Source of the DNA: Blastocatellia bacterium
GTDB lineage: Bacteria > Acidobacteriota > Blastocatellia > UBA7656
Length of the DNA stretch: 64,000 nt
Direction of reading: 5' to 3'
Assembly: GCA_963765495.1 (NCBI GenBank)
Contig: CAVXWP010000009.1
Location: 416,001-480,000, forward strand
A program made the translations under genes and the position numbers. Positions 28,262-38,466 of this stretch are shown here, one piece after another (positions within the stretch are counted from its first letter, which is position 1; each line of letters opens with the position of its first letter). The notes below the pieces were generated by a model. That model was given only the letters and a program-made list of their open reading frames with translations, was not told the origin of the DNA and did no database searches.

Positions 28262-28882
28262 TCAATTCAATTTCAACTCTATTTTCGATTTGGACTGTTT
28301 CGCGTTTAACCGTTCGACGCTCAGCGCCAGACCCGATTCACCAGCCGTTTCCGGGAGCACTTTGAAGAATATCATTCCCTGCCGCGACTCTCCAGACTCA
28401 AGCGGGGATTTTGTGTCCAGCGCGTATGAAGCGAAATCCTCCCGCGCTTGTCTGTACCCGGATTTTGTGTAAGTAGAGATGTCGTAAAAAGAGATTAACT
28501 GTTTGTAGGCGCTACGGGCATCCTTCGATTTAAACTCTTTGCCGCCCGAGGTCTTGATTCTGAACTTTGCTTTATTCAAAGAGATCGATTCCTGACTTTC
28601 GTTAGTCAGTTTCACCCGCACCGGCAAAAGGCCCGCCAGAATCAGGTTCGCGTCAAAGGTAGCGTAAAGAAAGTCTTCATCCGTTACGGGCTCGGCCTGA
28701 ATCCTTACGCCGTCAATCTGCGTCTGGTCGCCTGAGGAAATCTCAGCCTGCGGAACTTCAGGCCGTGGCTTTACGTTGAAGGGCTTTCCGCCGCATCCGG
28801 CAAGCGAAAGGACTGCAAACCCCGCAAACCCCGCGACCAAAATCCCGAGGACTTTCGATACCAACTCTTTGAATGAATGCAT
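28262..28882 (-). CDS. Putative lipoprotein
   Basis: Lipobox LAGC after a hydrophobic stretch. Confidence 0.75.
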   Translation of the reverse strand: MHSFKELVSKVLGILVAGFAGFAVLSLAGCGGKPFNVKPRPEVPQAEISSGDQTQIDGVRIQAEPVTDEDFLYATFDANLILAGLLPVRVKLTNESQESISLNKAKFRIKTSGGKEFKSKDARSAYKQLISFYDISTYTKSGYRQAREDFASYALDTKSPLESGESRQGMIFFKVLPETAGESGLALSVERLNAKQSKSKIELKLN

Positions 28883-28889
28883 CAGGGTG

Positions 28890-28919
28890 ATGCTAAAGCC
28901 CCAGGCTCACGAGTGTCAA
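28890..28919 (-). promoter_or_regulatory. Sigma-70-type promoter (probably leaderless transcript)
   Basis: TTGACA-18 nt-TAGCAT, 7 nt before ATG 28882. Confidence 0.55.
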
Positions 28920-29073
28920 CTTGCGGCCCGCGCCGACGGTGTGCTAATTTTGTCTTTTTCTGAAGAACCGTCGAGCCGGGATATACAGGCTAAGGAATAA
29001 AGTAGAAGCAATACCCTTCAAATCTTTCCCTTCCCCTTAACATCCCCGTCGGCAGAGCAAGAGAGAAGATATT

Positions 29074-29613
29074 ATGATCAGGTCTTTCAAAGGCATCGAG
29101 CCGAAAGTGGCCGCCACTGCCTTCATAGAAGCGAGCGCGCAGATAGTCGGTGACGTGGAAATTGGCGAGCATTCGAGCGTGTGGTTCAACTGCGTCATTC
29201 GCGGAGACGTTTTTCACATCCGCATAGGACACAGCACCAACATCCAGGACGGCACGGTCATCCACGTGACCAACGGTCGCTTCCCCACCATCATAGGCAA
29301 TTACGTCACCGTAGGTCACGGCGTGATGCTCCACGGCTGCACGATCAAGGATCGGTCGCTCATCGGCATCGGTTCGATAATTCTGGATGATGTCACAGTG
29401 GGCGAGGAATCTTTTATCGCAGCCGGGTCGCTCGTGACGCCGGGGACGGTCATACCGCCGCGCTCTATGGTGATGGGCTCTCCCGCCCGCGTGCGCCGGG
29501 AAGTCACCCCGGAAGAACTTGCCCGCATAGATCAACACTGGAAACACTACATCGAATACAAAAACAACTACCTGGGCGATGTAAATCAGAAATTCAAAAA
29601 GATTGACGCATAA
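29074..29613 (+). CDS. Gamma carbonic anhydrase family (YrdA-like) protein
   Basis: Hexapeptide repeats; IRGD, NIQD, three His ligands (VIH, VGH, LHG). Confidence 0.92.
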   Translation: MIRSFKGIEPKVAATAFIEASAQIVGDVEIGEHSSVWFNCVIRGDVFHIRIGHSTNIQDGTVIHVTNGRFPTIIGNYVTVGHGVMLHGCTIKDRSLIGIGSIILDDVTVGEESFIAAGSLVTPGTVIPPRSMVMGSPARVRREVTPEELARIDQHWKHYIEYKNNYLGDVNQKFKKIDA

Positions 29614-29614
29614 G

Positions 29615-29700
29615 GCGTGAAGTGAAGCGCGATGCGTGAAGCGTGATCTGTGATCGGAGCAGCAGGGCTTTAAGAGAATAGTTCACGCATCACGGATCTC
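29615..29700. repeat. Degenerate (GTGATGC)n inverted element
   Basis: gcgtgaagtgaagcgcgatgcgtgaagcgtgat ... ttcacgcatcacg. Confidence 0.7.
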
Positions 29701-29709
29701 TGTCTAGTT

Positions 29710-30975
29710 ATGATAAGCAAAGTTCGCGGCACACAGGATATTTTGCCCGCGCGATTCACCCGTAAGGTTGACGCGCAGATCGAACGATGGCACAGGGTCG
29801 AAGACGTGGCTCGCGAGGCGTTTCGCCGGTACGGGTTTGCGGAGATTCGCACGCCCATAATCGAGCGCACCGAACTGTTTGAACGCGGCGTCGGGACCGA
29901 AACCGATGTGAACAAGGAGATGTACACATTCGAAGATCATGGCGAGATGATCTCGCTCCGCCCCGAATCGACCGCCTCGGTCGTACGCGCGTACATCGAA
30001 CACGGTCTGTTTACTCAGGCGGGCCTTGTAAAACTCTTCTACATCGGGCCGCAGTTCCGGCGCGAGCGGCCACAGAAAGGGCGTTACCGGCAGTTCGCGC
30101 AGATAGGCGTGGAAGTGCTCGGGCAGAGCGACGACCCGGCCATCGAAGCCGAAGTGATTGAAATGCTCGACTGGTACTTGAAAGAACTGGGCATCACCGG
30201 GACCGAGCTTTTGATCAACTCGATAGGCGATGAAAACTGTCGCCCGGCTTATATCGCTACGCTCAAAGAGGCTATAAAAGAACGATTGCCGCATCTGTGC
30301 GGCAACTGTAGGCAGCGATATGAAACCAATCCTTTGCGGGTGCTCGACTGCAAGGTCGAAAGCTGCCAGCCTTATTTGAACCAACTGCCCGTGATAGCCG
30401 ACATGTTGTGCGATGCGTGCCGCGAGCATTACGGGCGATTCCGCGCCTATCTCGATGAGCGAGGAATCGGCTACACGCTTGCGCCGAGACTCGTACGTGG
30501 ATTGGATTATTACAGCCGGACCGCGTTTGAGATTATAGGAAACCAGTTGGGCGCGCAGAACACGATAGTCGGCGGAGGTCGTTACGATGGATTGTCCGAG
30601 ATGCTTGGCGGGCCTCCCACAAAAGGATTCGGCTTCGCATTTGGAATCGAGCGGATGGTAATGAGCCTGCCCGAAGAGAGCGCGGCGGCCAGGAGCGAAG
30701 CGCCCTCGGCCTATATCGCTTACATCGGAGACGAGGCGCGCAATCACTCGTTTGCGCTCGCTCGCCGGTTGCGCAAAGCGGGGGTGAGCGTTGTGGTCGA
30801 TCTTGAGAATCGCAAACTCAGGAAATCGCTCGCCATCGCAAACAGTCTCGGCGCTCGGCATTCGATCATCGTCGGAGAAGACGAGATAAAAAGTGGTAGC
30901 TACAAGCTGCGCGATATGGCGACCGGCGAACAGAAAAGTTTAGGAGAGGCGGAACTGATCGCTACACTGAAATGA
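29710..30975 (+). CDS. hisS: Histidine--tRNA ligase
   Basis: RGTQD, LRPEST, FRRERPQKGRYRQF, LVRGLDYY, GGGRYD. Confidence 0.98.
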   Translation: MISKVRGTQDILPARFTRKVDAQIERWHRVEDVAREAFRRYGFAEIRTPIIERTELFERGVGTETDVNKEMYTFEDHGEMISLRPESTASVVRAYIEHGLFTQAGLVKLFYIGPQFRRERPQKGRYRQFAQIGVEVLGQSDDPAIEAEVIEMLDWYLKELGITGTELLINSIGDENCRPAYIATLKEAIKERLPHLCGNCRQRYETNPLRVLDCKVESCQPYLNQLPVIADMLCDACREHYGRFRAYLDERGIGYTLAPRLVRGLDYYSRTAFEIIGNQLGAQNTIVGGGRYDGLSEMLGGPPTKGFGFAFGIERMVMSLPEESAAARSEAPSAYIAYIGDEARNHSFALARRLRKAGVSVVVDLENRKLRKSLAIANSLGARHSIIVGEDEIKSGSYKLRDMATGEQKSLGEAELIATLK

Positions 30976-31018
30976 GTCGGGTTCGAGGAGTGGGCGAAAG
31001 TTTTTCGACATTACGATT

Positions 31019-32791
31019 ATGCTAGACAAACTTGGCAACTTGAAACGCACACATTTTCCGGGGGAGTTGAGACCGGAGCACGCAGGAGAGAACGTGACCT
31101 TGATGGGCTGGGTCCACGGTCGTCGCGATTTCGGCCCGCTCACCTTTATTGACCTGCGCGACCGCGAAGGGCTTGTGCAGATCGTATTCGACGAAGACAA
31201 GAATCCCGAACCGCATCGCCGCGCCAAAGAAGTGCGGAATGAGTACGTGATTGCGGTAATCGGCAAAGTCGTCATGCGCGACAAAGACAAGATCAATGCC
31301 AAGATCAAGACCGGGCGCATAGAGGTCATCGCAAAAGAGTTGTATGTGCTAAACGATGCGAAGACCCCGCCCTTCGAGATTGATGCTCCGAGGGCGAGCG
31401 AAGACATACGCCTCAAATACCGCTATCTCGATCTGAGGCGCGCGAAGATGCAGAACAATATACGCCTCCGTCATCGCGCGGCGCTTGCCGTCCGGCGGTA
31501 TCTGGACGACCGTGGATTTTATGAAATCGAGACGCCGATGATGATCAAGTCTACGCCCGAGGGAGCGCGAGACTACATCGTGCCGAGCCGTTTGTCGCCG
31601 GGTGATTTTTATGCGCTGCCGCAGTCGCCTCAGATATTCAAACAGTTGTTGATGGTTTCGGGCTTCGATAAATATTTCCAGATCGTGCGCTGTTTCCGCG
31701 ACGAAGATTTGCGCGCAGACCGACAGCCGGAATTCACCCAGATAGACATCGAGATGAGCTTTGTTCAACCCGAAGATGTCTTTAAGACGCTTGAGCCGAT
31801 GATGGCCGAAATCTTCAAGTTGATAGATGTCAAGATAGACCTCCCGTTTCCGCGAATGACATACGCCGAGGCCATGCGCCGTTACGGAAGCGACAAGCCC
31901 GATACCCGCTACGGTATGGAGTTGATAGACCTGTCAGAGACTTTCGCCGAAACCGAGTTTGCGCCCTACAGGACCGCGCTCGATCAATCCGGGCAGGTCA
32001 AGGCCATCCTCGCGCGGGGCTGCGCCAAATATTCGCGCAAGAATCTGGACGAGTTGACCGAGGTGGCAAAACGCTTTGGCGCGGGCGGCGTGGCCTGGAT
32101 CAAACAGGCGGAAGAGGGCGAAATAACATCGTCGCTTGCGAAGGCGCTCGGAGAGGAAAAGGTCGCCGAGGTGTTTGCTCAGGCGGGAGGGGCGGCGGGC
32201 GACCTTTTGCTTATAATCGCGGGCAAGCCGCCGGTCGTGGCAGCGTCGCTATATGCCGTTCGCACCGAGGTAGCCAACCGCGAAGGGCTTATCGATACGA
32301 ACAAATACAATTTTCTCTGGATCACGGAATTTCCGATGTACGAATATGACGAGAAGGGGGATCGTCTGGCGGCGATGCATCATCCGTTTACAAGTCCGCT
32401 CGATGAGGATATGGATAAACTGGAAACCGAGCCCGGGCGTGTGCGGGCAAAGGCTTATGACCTCGTTTTGAACGGCGTCGAGCTTGGCAGCGGCTCGATC
32501 AGAATCCACATGCGCGAGTTACAGCGAAAGGTATTCAGCGTGATGGGGCTCGACGACGAGGAGGCGCGCTCGAAATTCGGTTTTCTTCTTGACGCATTCG
32601 AGTACGGCACACCGCCACACGGGGGTTTCGCCTTTGGCTTCGACAGGCTTGTGATGCTGCTGGCGCATGAAAACTCTATACGCGAGGTCATCGCTTTTCC
32701 AAAGACTACGAGCGCCACCGATTTGATGATAGACTCGCCCGGCCCGGTTTCCGACGAGCAATTGCGCGAGCTTCACATCAAAATCAGTTAG
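31019..32791 (+). CDS. aspS: Aspartate--tRNA ligase
   Basis: STPEGARDY, ALPQSPQ, FRDEDLRADRQPEFTQ, HHPFT, PPHGG. Confidence 0.98.
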   Translation: MLDKLGNLKRTHFPGELRPEHAGENVTLMGWVHGRRDFGPLTFIDLRDREGLVQIVFDEDKNPEPHRRAKEVRNEYVIAVIGKVVMRDKDKINAKIKTGRIEVIAKELYVLNDAKTPPFEIDAPRASEDIRLKYRYLDLRRAKMQNNIRLRHRAALAVRRYLDDRGFYEIETPMMIKSTPEGARDYIVPSRLSPGDFYALPQSPQIFKQLLMVSGFDKYFQIVRCFRDEDLRADRQPEFTQIDIEMSFVQPEDVFKTLEPMMAEIFKLIDVKIDLPFPRMTYAEAMRRYGSDKPDTRYGMELIDLSETFAETEFAPYRTALDQSGQVKAILARGCAKYSRKNLDELTEVAKRFGAGGVAWIKQAEEGEITSSLAKALGEEKVAEVFAQAGGAAGDLLLIIAGKPPVVAASLYAVRTEVANREGLIDTNKYNFLWITEFPMYEYDEKGDRLAAMHHPFTSPLDEDMDKLETEPGRVRAKAYDLVLNGVELGSGSIRIHMRELQRKVFSVMGLDDEEARSKFGFLLDAFEYGTPPHGGFAFGFDRLVMLLAHENSIREVIAFPKTTSATDLMIDSPGPVSDEQLRELHIKIS

Positions 32792-32806
32792 TTATAACAC
32801 CAGATA

Positions 32807-32883
32807 TGATGCGTGATGCGTGATGCGTGATTATCAGGCTGATTGCCGTTAAAAGGTAATTACCAAAATCACGCATCACGCAT
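32807..32883. repeat. (GTGATGC)n inverted heptamer-repeat element
   Basis: tgatgcgtgatgcgtgatgcgtgatt ... aatcacgcatcacgcat. Confidence 0.85.
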
Positions 32884-32970
32884 TTACTCCGCTTACTCTT
32901 CTCTTGACCTTGAATCCGGTGAGCCTGCCTGCGGCGTAATTCCTGTGCCAATACAACAGACCAATAACAG

Positions 32971-33717
32971 ATGGAGGAAAACCCGATGAGCGAACCTCAA
33001 ACGCAGGTTTCCAGCCAGACTGAGCTACAGGAAACGTCAACCGAAAACCAGATGAAATCCTCGCGCAAAAACAGGAAAAGGCGCTGGATCATCGTCTCCC
33101 TGATCGCTGTGCTCCTGGCCTACTCCCTCATAGACCTGTTCGGCCCTCGATCAAAAAACCTGCGCGATTTCGACCCGAATGAAGTCGCCCGGCTTGAGAC
33201 GGCAATGTGGCGCTCTTATTACAACCGAGAGCGCCTGCGGCTTTTCAATCAACTCTCCGAGTTGATGAGAACCGAGTATGATCTGCCGTTTATCAGATCG
33301 AACGTAGTCGCGTATCAGGCTGCCAGAGCCGCTTTCGTGTTCAAAGACGGGCACAATCGCGATGAGTACGAAAAGGCGCTGCCCAACCTGATAAACTTTT
33401 ATACGGCCATTCGCAAGGTGAGCGATACGCCCTTTGACATTGATCGCGCGGCCCGTCTTGAGCTTGAATGGTGGATAGTGCATCGTGAGCGAAAGAACCA
33501 CACGGCAGGCGATCTCGACCGCGCGCTGGCAGACCTGGCGTCGGAGGTCTATCGTGTGCCTGCCGACCAGTTGATGGAGCACGCCCGCCTGCGAGCCGAA
33601 GCTATGACGATCCGCGATGATAAGGCCGAAGCCGGAGGCGTGAGCGAACAGGATTGGGCGAGGATTGATGAACTGCTCCATCAGTCGTGGAAATCGCTCT
33701 GGGAGGCCGTAAACTGA
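32971..33717 (+). CDS. Hypothetical membrane-anchored helical protein
   Basis: One TM after a basic stretch; internal repeat ARLETAMW / ARLELEWW; start may be 32986. Confidence 0.75.
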   Translation: MEENPMSEPQTQVSSQTELQETSTENQMKSSRKNRKRRWIIVSLIAVLLAYSLIDLFGPRSKNLRDFDPNEVARLETAMWRSYYNRERLRLFNQLSELMRTEYDLPFIRSNVVAYQAARAAFVFKDGHNRDEYEKALPNLINFYTAIRKVSDTPFDIDRAARLELEWWIVHRERKNHTAGDLDRALADLASEVYRVPADQLMEHARLRAEAMTIRDDKAEAGGVSEQDWARIDELLHQSWKSLWEAVN

Positions 33718-33751
33718 CGGGCACAGATTCTTTAATGCTAAGCTGAATTTT

Positions 33752-34420
33752 ATGAATGAGAATTTTGAAGTTATAACATTCGATTGCTACGGGACGCTCA
33801 TAGACTGGGAGGGCGGCATCACAACCGCCTTTCAATGCGAAGCGGCCCGCGATGGGGTCGCGCTCGACGCCGGGCAAATAATCGCGGCGTACATGGCCGC
33901 AGAGCCGGAGGTTGAATCGAGCGGCTACCGATCTTATCGCGAGGTGCTTTGGGAAACGGCCCGGCGAGTGGCCGCGCAAATCGCGTGGCCTATCACACAG
34001 GACCGCGCTCGCTTTCTAGCCGAAAGCATCGCAGACTGGCGGCCCTTTCCTGATACAAACGCGGCGCTCGAACGCCTGGCCCGCCGTTTTCAACTTGGAA
34101 TACTTTCAAATGTGGATGACGATATGCTTGCCGCCACGCGAAAGCATTTCACGGTAGCGTTTGATCCCGTAGTGACGGCCCAGCAGGTCAAATCATACAA
34201 ACCCGGCTTCGCGCATTTCGAGGAGGCCCGCAAACGCATGGGTGAAAAGCGACACCTGCACGCGGCTCAAAGCTATTTTCACGATGTAGTTCCGTCGCGC
34301 AAGCTCGACATCCCTGTCGCGTGGGTCAATCGAAAAAATGAACTCATCCCCGAACAGGGGTTGCGGCCTGATTATGAAGTAAAGAATCTGGAGGAACTGG
34401 CCGACCTGCTTGGCGCGTGA
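33752..34420 (+). CDS. HAD family hydrolase (haloacid dehalogenase type II-like)
   Basis: FDCYGTLIDW, LSN, YKP, SYFHD. Confidence 0.9.
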   Translation: MNENFEVITFDCYGTLIDWEGGITTAFQCEAARDGVALDAGQIIAAYMAAEPEVESSGYRSYREVLWETARRVAAQIAWPITQDRARFLAESIADWRPFPDTNAALERLARRFQLGILSNVDDDMLAATRKHFTVAFDPVVTAQQVKSYKPGFAHFEEARKRMGEKRHLHAAQSYFHDVVPSRKLDIPVAWVNRKNELIPEQGLRPDYEVKNLEELADLLGA

Positions 34421-34460
34421 GACTTCAATGAATCCGCTCCATCAAAATTGGGGGAGTAGA

Positions 34461-34562
34461 AATAGGCCGGGACGGACGCGGATCAGGCGGATTTTCGCGG
34501 ATCAGAGCATATTTGAGCTAATCCGTGTTGATCCGTCGCATCCGTCGAATCCGTGGCCTATT
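34461..34562. repeat. 102-bp nonamer-repeat palindromic element
   Basis: AATAGGCC...GGCCTATT, same length as the 8909 and 13188 copies. Confidence 0.9.
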
Positions 34563-34614
34563 GCTCTGTTCCCAACTATTCAAATCCATTTCCACCAGAA
34601 GCAGACGGATTGAT

Positions 34615-35094
34615 CTAATTCACGCGAGCGGATGCTTCGCGGATCGCATTGATCACCTCGTCGTCGCTCGGGCGAAATATCGGAAGCACCGACCGGCGAT
34701 AGCGAATGACCCCGTTCGGATCAATCACCACAACGGCTCGTTGCGAGCCCCCGAGCAAGGACTTCATGTCATAGAGCCCCGTCACTTCCCCGCTTTCGTC
34801 CGCAAGCAGCCTTTGAGGTAACCCGTGATGCTCGGCAAATTTCTTATGTGAATCCACCGAGCCTACCGAGACTGCCACTACCTCCGCGCCCGTATCTTCA
34901 TAATCCGTCCAGCGGTCGCGCATGCTGCACATCTGTTTTGTGCAAACGGGCGTTTCATCTCTCGGATAAAAGACCAGCGCCACGACTTTGCCGCGATTGG
35001 CGGAAAGTCGCCACCCGTTTCCTTCGTTGTCCTTCAGTTCAAAATCGGGTGCGAGACGGCCTACCTGAACGCCTTCAGACTCTGCTTTGCTCAT
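34615..35094 (-). CDS. bcp: Peroxiredoxin, BCP/PrxQ type
   Basis: FYPRDETPVCTKQMC (PxxxTxxC plus resolving Cys). Confidence 0.85.
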   Translation of the reverse strand: MSKAESEGVQVGRLAPDFELKDNEGNGWRLSANRGKVVALVFYPRDETPVCTKQMCSMRDRWTDYEDTGAEVVAVSVGSVDSHKKFAEHHGLPQRLLADESGEVTGLYDMKSLLGGSQRAVVVIDPNGVIRYRRSVLPIFRPSDDEVINAIREASARVN

Positions 35095-35103
35095 AATCTC
35101 TCC

Positions 35104-35667
35104 TCACTTTTTCCCTTCCGGCACATCGCTACTCTTCTTTTCTTCTTCTGTCGGCTTGCCCCTGTTTGCCGGCTGCGCGGGTTTCGGGTTTAGAAGCGCA
35201 ACGATGTCATCGTGTTTCTTGTCTTTTGCATAATCGGCAGCCGAGCGTCCGCCGTTGTCTCTTATCGTAGGATTGGCCCCGGCATCAAGCAGTATCTTCA
35301 CATTCTCGGCTTGGCCGTTGAGGGCCGCAGACATTAGCGCGGTAAAATTTCCCGGAGTCATCGCATTCACATCGGCCCCTTTCGTAATCAACATTTTTAC
35401 AACCTCCGGCTTCTCCATCCCGGCCGCCATAATCAATGGAGTTACACCGACATCGGTCTTCGCATTTACGTTGCCCCCGCTATCAATCGCCGCCTGAACG
35501 GCTGCCGGGTCGCCCTTTTGCACGGCCTGCATCAGCGGCGTACGACCTTGTGTGTCGCGCTGATTGGGGTCAATTTGCACGGTCTTATTGTTGTTTTCAG
35601 GGGTGCTTGTGCAACCCGCGAGCGTGATTGTCAACAACAAGAAAACGAGTGTTCGTGTGCTTATCAT
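35104..35667 (-). CDS. Ankyrin-repeat lipoprotein
   Basis: Lipobox LAGC; GRTPLMQA, GVTPLIMA, NFTALMSA repeats. Confidence 0.9.
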   Translation of the reverse strand: MISTRTLVFLLLTITLAGCTSTPENNNKTVQIDPNQRDTQGRTPLMQAVQKGDPAAVQAAIDSGGNVNAKTDVGVTPLIMAAGMEKPEVVKMLITKGADVNAMTPGNFTALMSAALNGQAENVKILLDAGANPTIRDNGGRSAADYAKDKKHDDIVALLNPKPAQPANRGKPTEEEKKSSDVPEGKK

Positions 35668-35926
35668 GTCTTCTCCTAATCAATTTGATAAAAGTCATCA
35701 AGTGTTCGATCTGTATAACTCAATCGAGAGGGGTTCGACAAGTCGTGCCGGATATTCAAATACAGAGCCAATAAAGGTCGCAGCATTTTTCCTCTGCCGA
35801 GTCCTGTAAATCCTGTCCATCCCTGTTATAATGGCCGACCGCATCAGGCCCGATCTGCCAGGATCATTCGAAGTCTTACACCAGACAGAGGCGGCCTGTT
35901 CTTAAATCGCTTTTTAAGGAGACGGT

Positions 35927-37120
35927 ATGGACTTAAATCTCACACCCGAAGAGCAAAGCTTTCGTGATGAGTTTCGAGCCTGGCTCCAGGCAAATATTCC
36001 CGAAGAGTGGGAAGATTTCAACTCGCACGATCAAACGAGCGAAGCGCGGTTCAATTTCCTGCGCGCCTGGCAAAAGAAGATGTATGAAGCCGGGTGGGCC
36101 GGAATCAACTGGCCCAAAGAGTTTGGCGGGCGCGGCGCGTCCGTCATCCAGCAGGCCATCTTTATAGAGGAGATGGCTCGCGCACAATCGCCGCCTCTGA
36201 TAAATGTGCTGGGGCTGTCGTTGCTCGGGCCCACGCTGATCGCCTACGGCACAGAGGCGCAGAAAAAGAGATTTCTGGCAAACATCCTGAGCGCGGATGA
36301 GATATGGTGTCAGGGCTATTCCGAACCAAATGCCGGGTCTGACCTCGCATCGCTCAGGACCGAAGCGGTGCTCGACGGTGGCGACTTTATTGTCAACGGC
36401 CAGAAGACCTGGACCAGCTTTGGCCACTACGCCGACTGGTGCTTCGCCGTAGTCAGGACCGACCCCGACGCGCCAAAGCACAAGGGACTCACTTACATGC
36501 TGATCGACATGCACAGCCCCGGCGTACACGTGCGCCCGCTCAAGCAGATGACCGGCGAGAGCGAGTTCAACGAAGTCTATTTTGAGAACGTCCGCGTGCC
36601 TGTCGAAAACGTTGTGGGAAAGGTTAATGACGGTTGGAGCATTTCAATCGCCACGCTGATGTTTGAGCGAGGCACGCTCGGCGCGAGTTTGCAGATCACC
36701 TTCAAGCGGCAGATCGAGCGCCTTGTAGAACTCTCTCACAAAATAGAGCGCAACGGGCGGCCCGCAAGCTCAGACCCGTTAATCAGGCAAAAGCTCGCCC
36801 AGATTTACGCCGAGATTGAAATCTTCCGGCTAAACCAGATGCGCACGCTCACGCGCATGAGCAAATCGGGCGTGCCGGGGCCGGAAGGCTCTATCCAGAA
36901 GATATTCTGGAGCGAGATGAATCAGCGCATGCAACAGGTGGCTATGGAGTTGCTAGGCCCATACGGCCAGCTTACGGGCGAGAGCGAGTACGCTCTAAAC
37001 CACGGCCAGTGGGCGCACGCCTACCTGCGGTCGCGCGGTAACACCATAGAGGCGGGCACGTCTGAGATTCAGCGCAACATCATAGGCCATTTCGTGCTCG
37101 GCCTGCCAAAGAGCTATTAA
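35927..37120 (+). CDS. Acyl-CoA dehydrogenase
   Basis: WCQGYSEPNAGSDLA, NGQKTWTS, FNEVYF, TIEAGTSEIQRNII. Confidence 0.95.
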   Translation: MDLNLTPEEQSFRDEFRAWLQANIPEEWEDFNSHDQTSEARFNFLRAWQKKMYEAGWAGINWPKEFGGRGASVIQQAIFIEEMARAQSPPLINVLGLSLLGPTLIAYGTEAQKKRFLANILSADEIWCQGYSEPNAGSDLASLRTEAVLDGGDFIVNGQKTWTSFGHYADWCFAVVRTDPDAPKHKGLTYMLIDMHSPGVHVRPLKQMTGESEFNEVYFENVRVPVENVVGKVNDGWSISIATLMFERGTLGASLQITFKRQIERLVELSHKIERNGRPASSDPLIRQKLAQIYAEIEIFRLNQMRTLTRMSKSGVPGPEGSIQKIFWSEMNQRMQQVAMELLGPYGQLTGESEYALNHGQWAHAYLRSRGNTIEAGTSEIQRNIIGHFVLGLPKSY

Positions 37121-37142
37121 GCCACGAGAGCGAGGAGATGAT

Positions 37143-38306
37143 ATGGATTTCGATCTTTCGGAGACTCAGCAACTATTCAAGCGTTCAGCCAGAGAGCTTT
37201 TCGTTCAGGAATGCCCGCCTGCCCGCGTCCGCGAGATGATAGAAAACGGCGAACCTTATTCGGACGAACTATGGGAGAAGCTTGTCGAGCAGGGCTGGAC
37301 CGGGTTGATCTTCCCAGAAGAGGCCGGAGGGCTTGAACTCGGCATGGTCGAGATGGCCGTTGCATTTGAAGAGATGGGAAGAGCCCTGGTGCCGGGCGCG
37401 TTTCTCTCTACGGTGGCGCTTGCCGGATCGCTTCTGCACCGCGCCGGATCAGGCGAGCAGCGCGAAAGGTATCTGAACACCATCTGCGACGGGCGGATCA
37501 AAGCCACGGTTGCGCTGCTTGAAGAGAGCACCCGGTGGGACTCAGACGGCGTGGCTTTGAAAGCTACATCGGCAGGCGAGGGCTTCAAGCTCACGGGCAG
37601 GAAGCTTTTCGTATCCGATGCAGCCGCAGCCGATTTCATCATCACAGCCGCGCGCGCGGGTCAGGAACTACTGCTTGCCGTAGTCGCTCGCACAGCATCG
37701 GGGGTGAGCGTCAGCGAGATGCCTTCGATGGATGGCACGCGCAAGCTTTACGAGGTGACTTACGCGGATGTCGAGATAGCCGGTTCGGATGTTCTGGCGA
37801 CGGGAGAGGGGGCGCGCGAGGCGCTACACCACGCGCTCGATGTAGCTACGCTGGCGCTCACGGCCGAGATGGTTGGCGGCATGCAGCGTGTGCTTGAAGC
37901 CACGGTCGAATACGCAAAGACCAGAAAGCAATTCGGCAAACCCATAGGGCAGTTTCAGGCCGTCCAGCACCACTGCGCCAACATCCTGTTGATGACAGAA
38001 AGCGCGCGTTCGGCCGTTTACTACGCCGCGTGGGTTATGGGCAACGACCCGAAACAGGCCCCCCTGGCCGTTTCCGTGGCAAAGACTTATGCGAGCGACG
38101 CATACCGCGAGGCCGGAAACCTGGGCATTCAGGTGCATGGCGGGATAGGTTTTACCTGGGAAGACGACATCCATTTTTACTATAAGCGGGCCAAGGCGAG
38201 CGAGCTTATGTTTGGCGATGCAAATTTCCACCGCGAGCGCATAGCGAGTATGATCGTGGATCGAAAAGGCGAGCCGTCAAAAGCCGTGGGCGAAGCCGCC
38301 GATTAA
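37143..38306 (+). CDS. Acyl-CoA dehydrogenase, probable partner subunit
   Basis: RKQFGKPIGQFQAV, QVHGGIGFTWE; lacks the SEPxAGSD motif. Confidence 0.93.
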   Translation: MDFDLSETQQLFKRSARELFVQECPPARVREMIENGEPYSDELWEKLVEQGWTGLIFPEEAGGLELGMVEMAVAFEEMGRALVPGAFLSTVALAGSLLHRAGSGEQRERYLNTICDGRIKATVALLEESTRWDSDGVALKATSAGEGFKLTGRKLFVSDAAAADFIITAARAGQELLLAVVARTASGVSVSEMPSMDGTRKLYEVTYADVEIAGSDVLATGEGAREALHHALDVATLALTAEMVGGMQRVLEATVEYAKTRKQFGKPIGQFQAVQHHCANILLMTESARSAVYYAAWVMGNDPKQAPLAVSVAKTYASDAYREAGNLGIQVHGGIGFTWEDDIHFYYKRAKASELMFGDANFHRERIASMIVDRKGEPSKAVGEAAD

Positions 38307-38333
38307 CCTGAACAGCCCGGATGAGCCGATTGA

Positions 38334-38417
38334 AACAGGCCGGGACGGCCGCGGATCAGGCGGATTTTCGCGGATTAGACCATATCAAGTGCAGATCCGC
38401 GTCCGTCCCGGCCTATT
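38334..38417. repeat. 84-bp variant of the nonamer-repeat element
   Basis: AACAGGCC...GGCCTATT; 18 bp (two units) shorter than the other three. Confidence 0.85.
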
Positions 38418-38466
38418 CCTACTTAGAAATATTCTCGCTTGTTCCAACCATTCGCGGCGGATAAGT

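Noticed and set aside
31019-32791. AspRS called non-discriminating from GWVH
   Set aside because: The second signature position does not look like Gly, so the signature is mixed and undecidable by eye.
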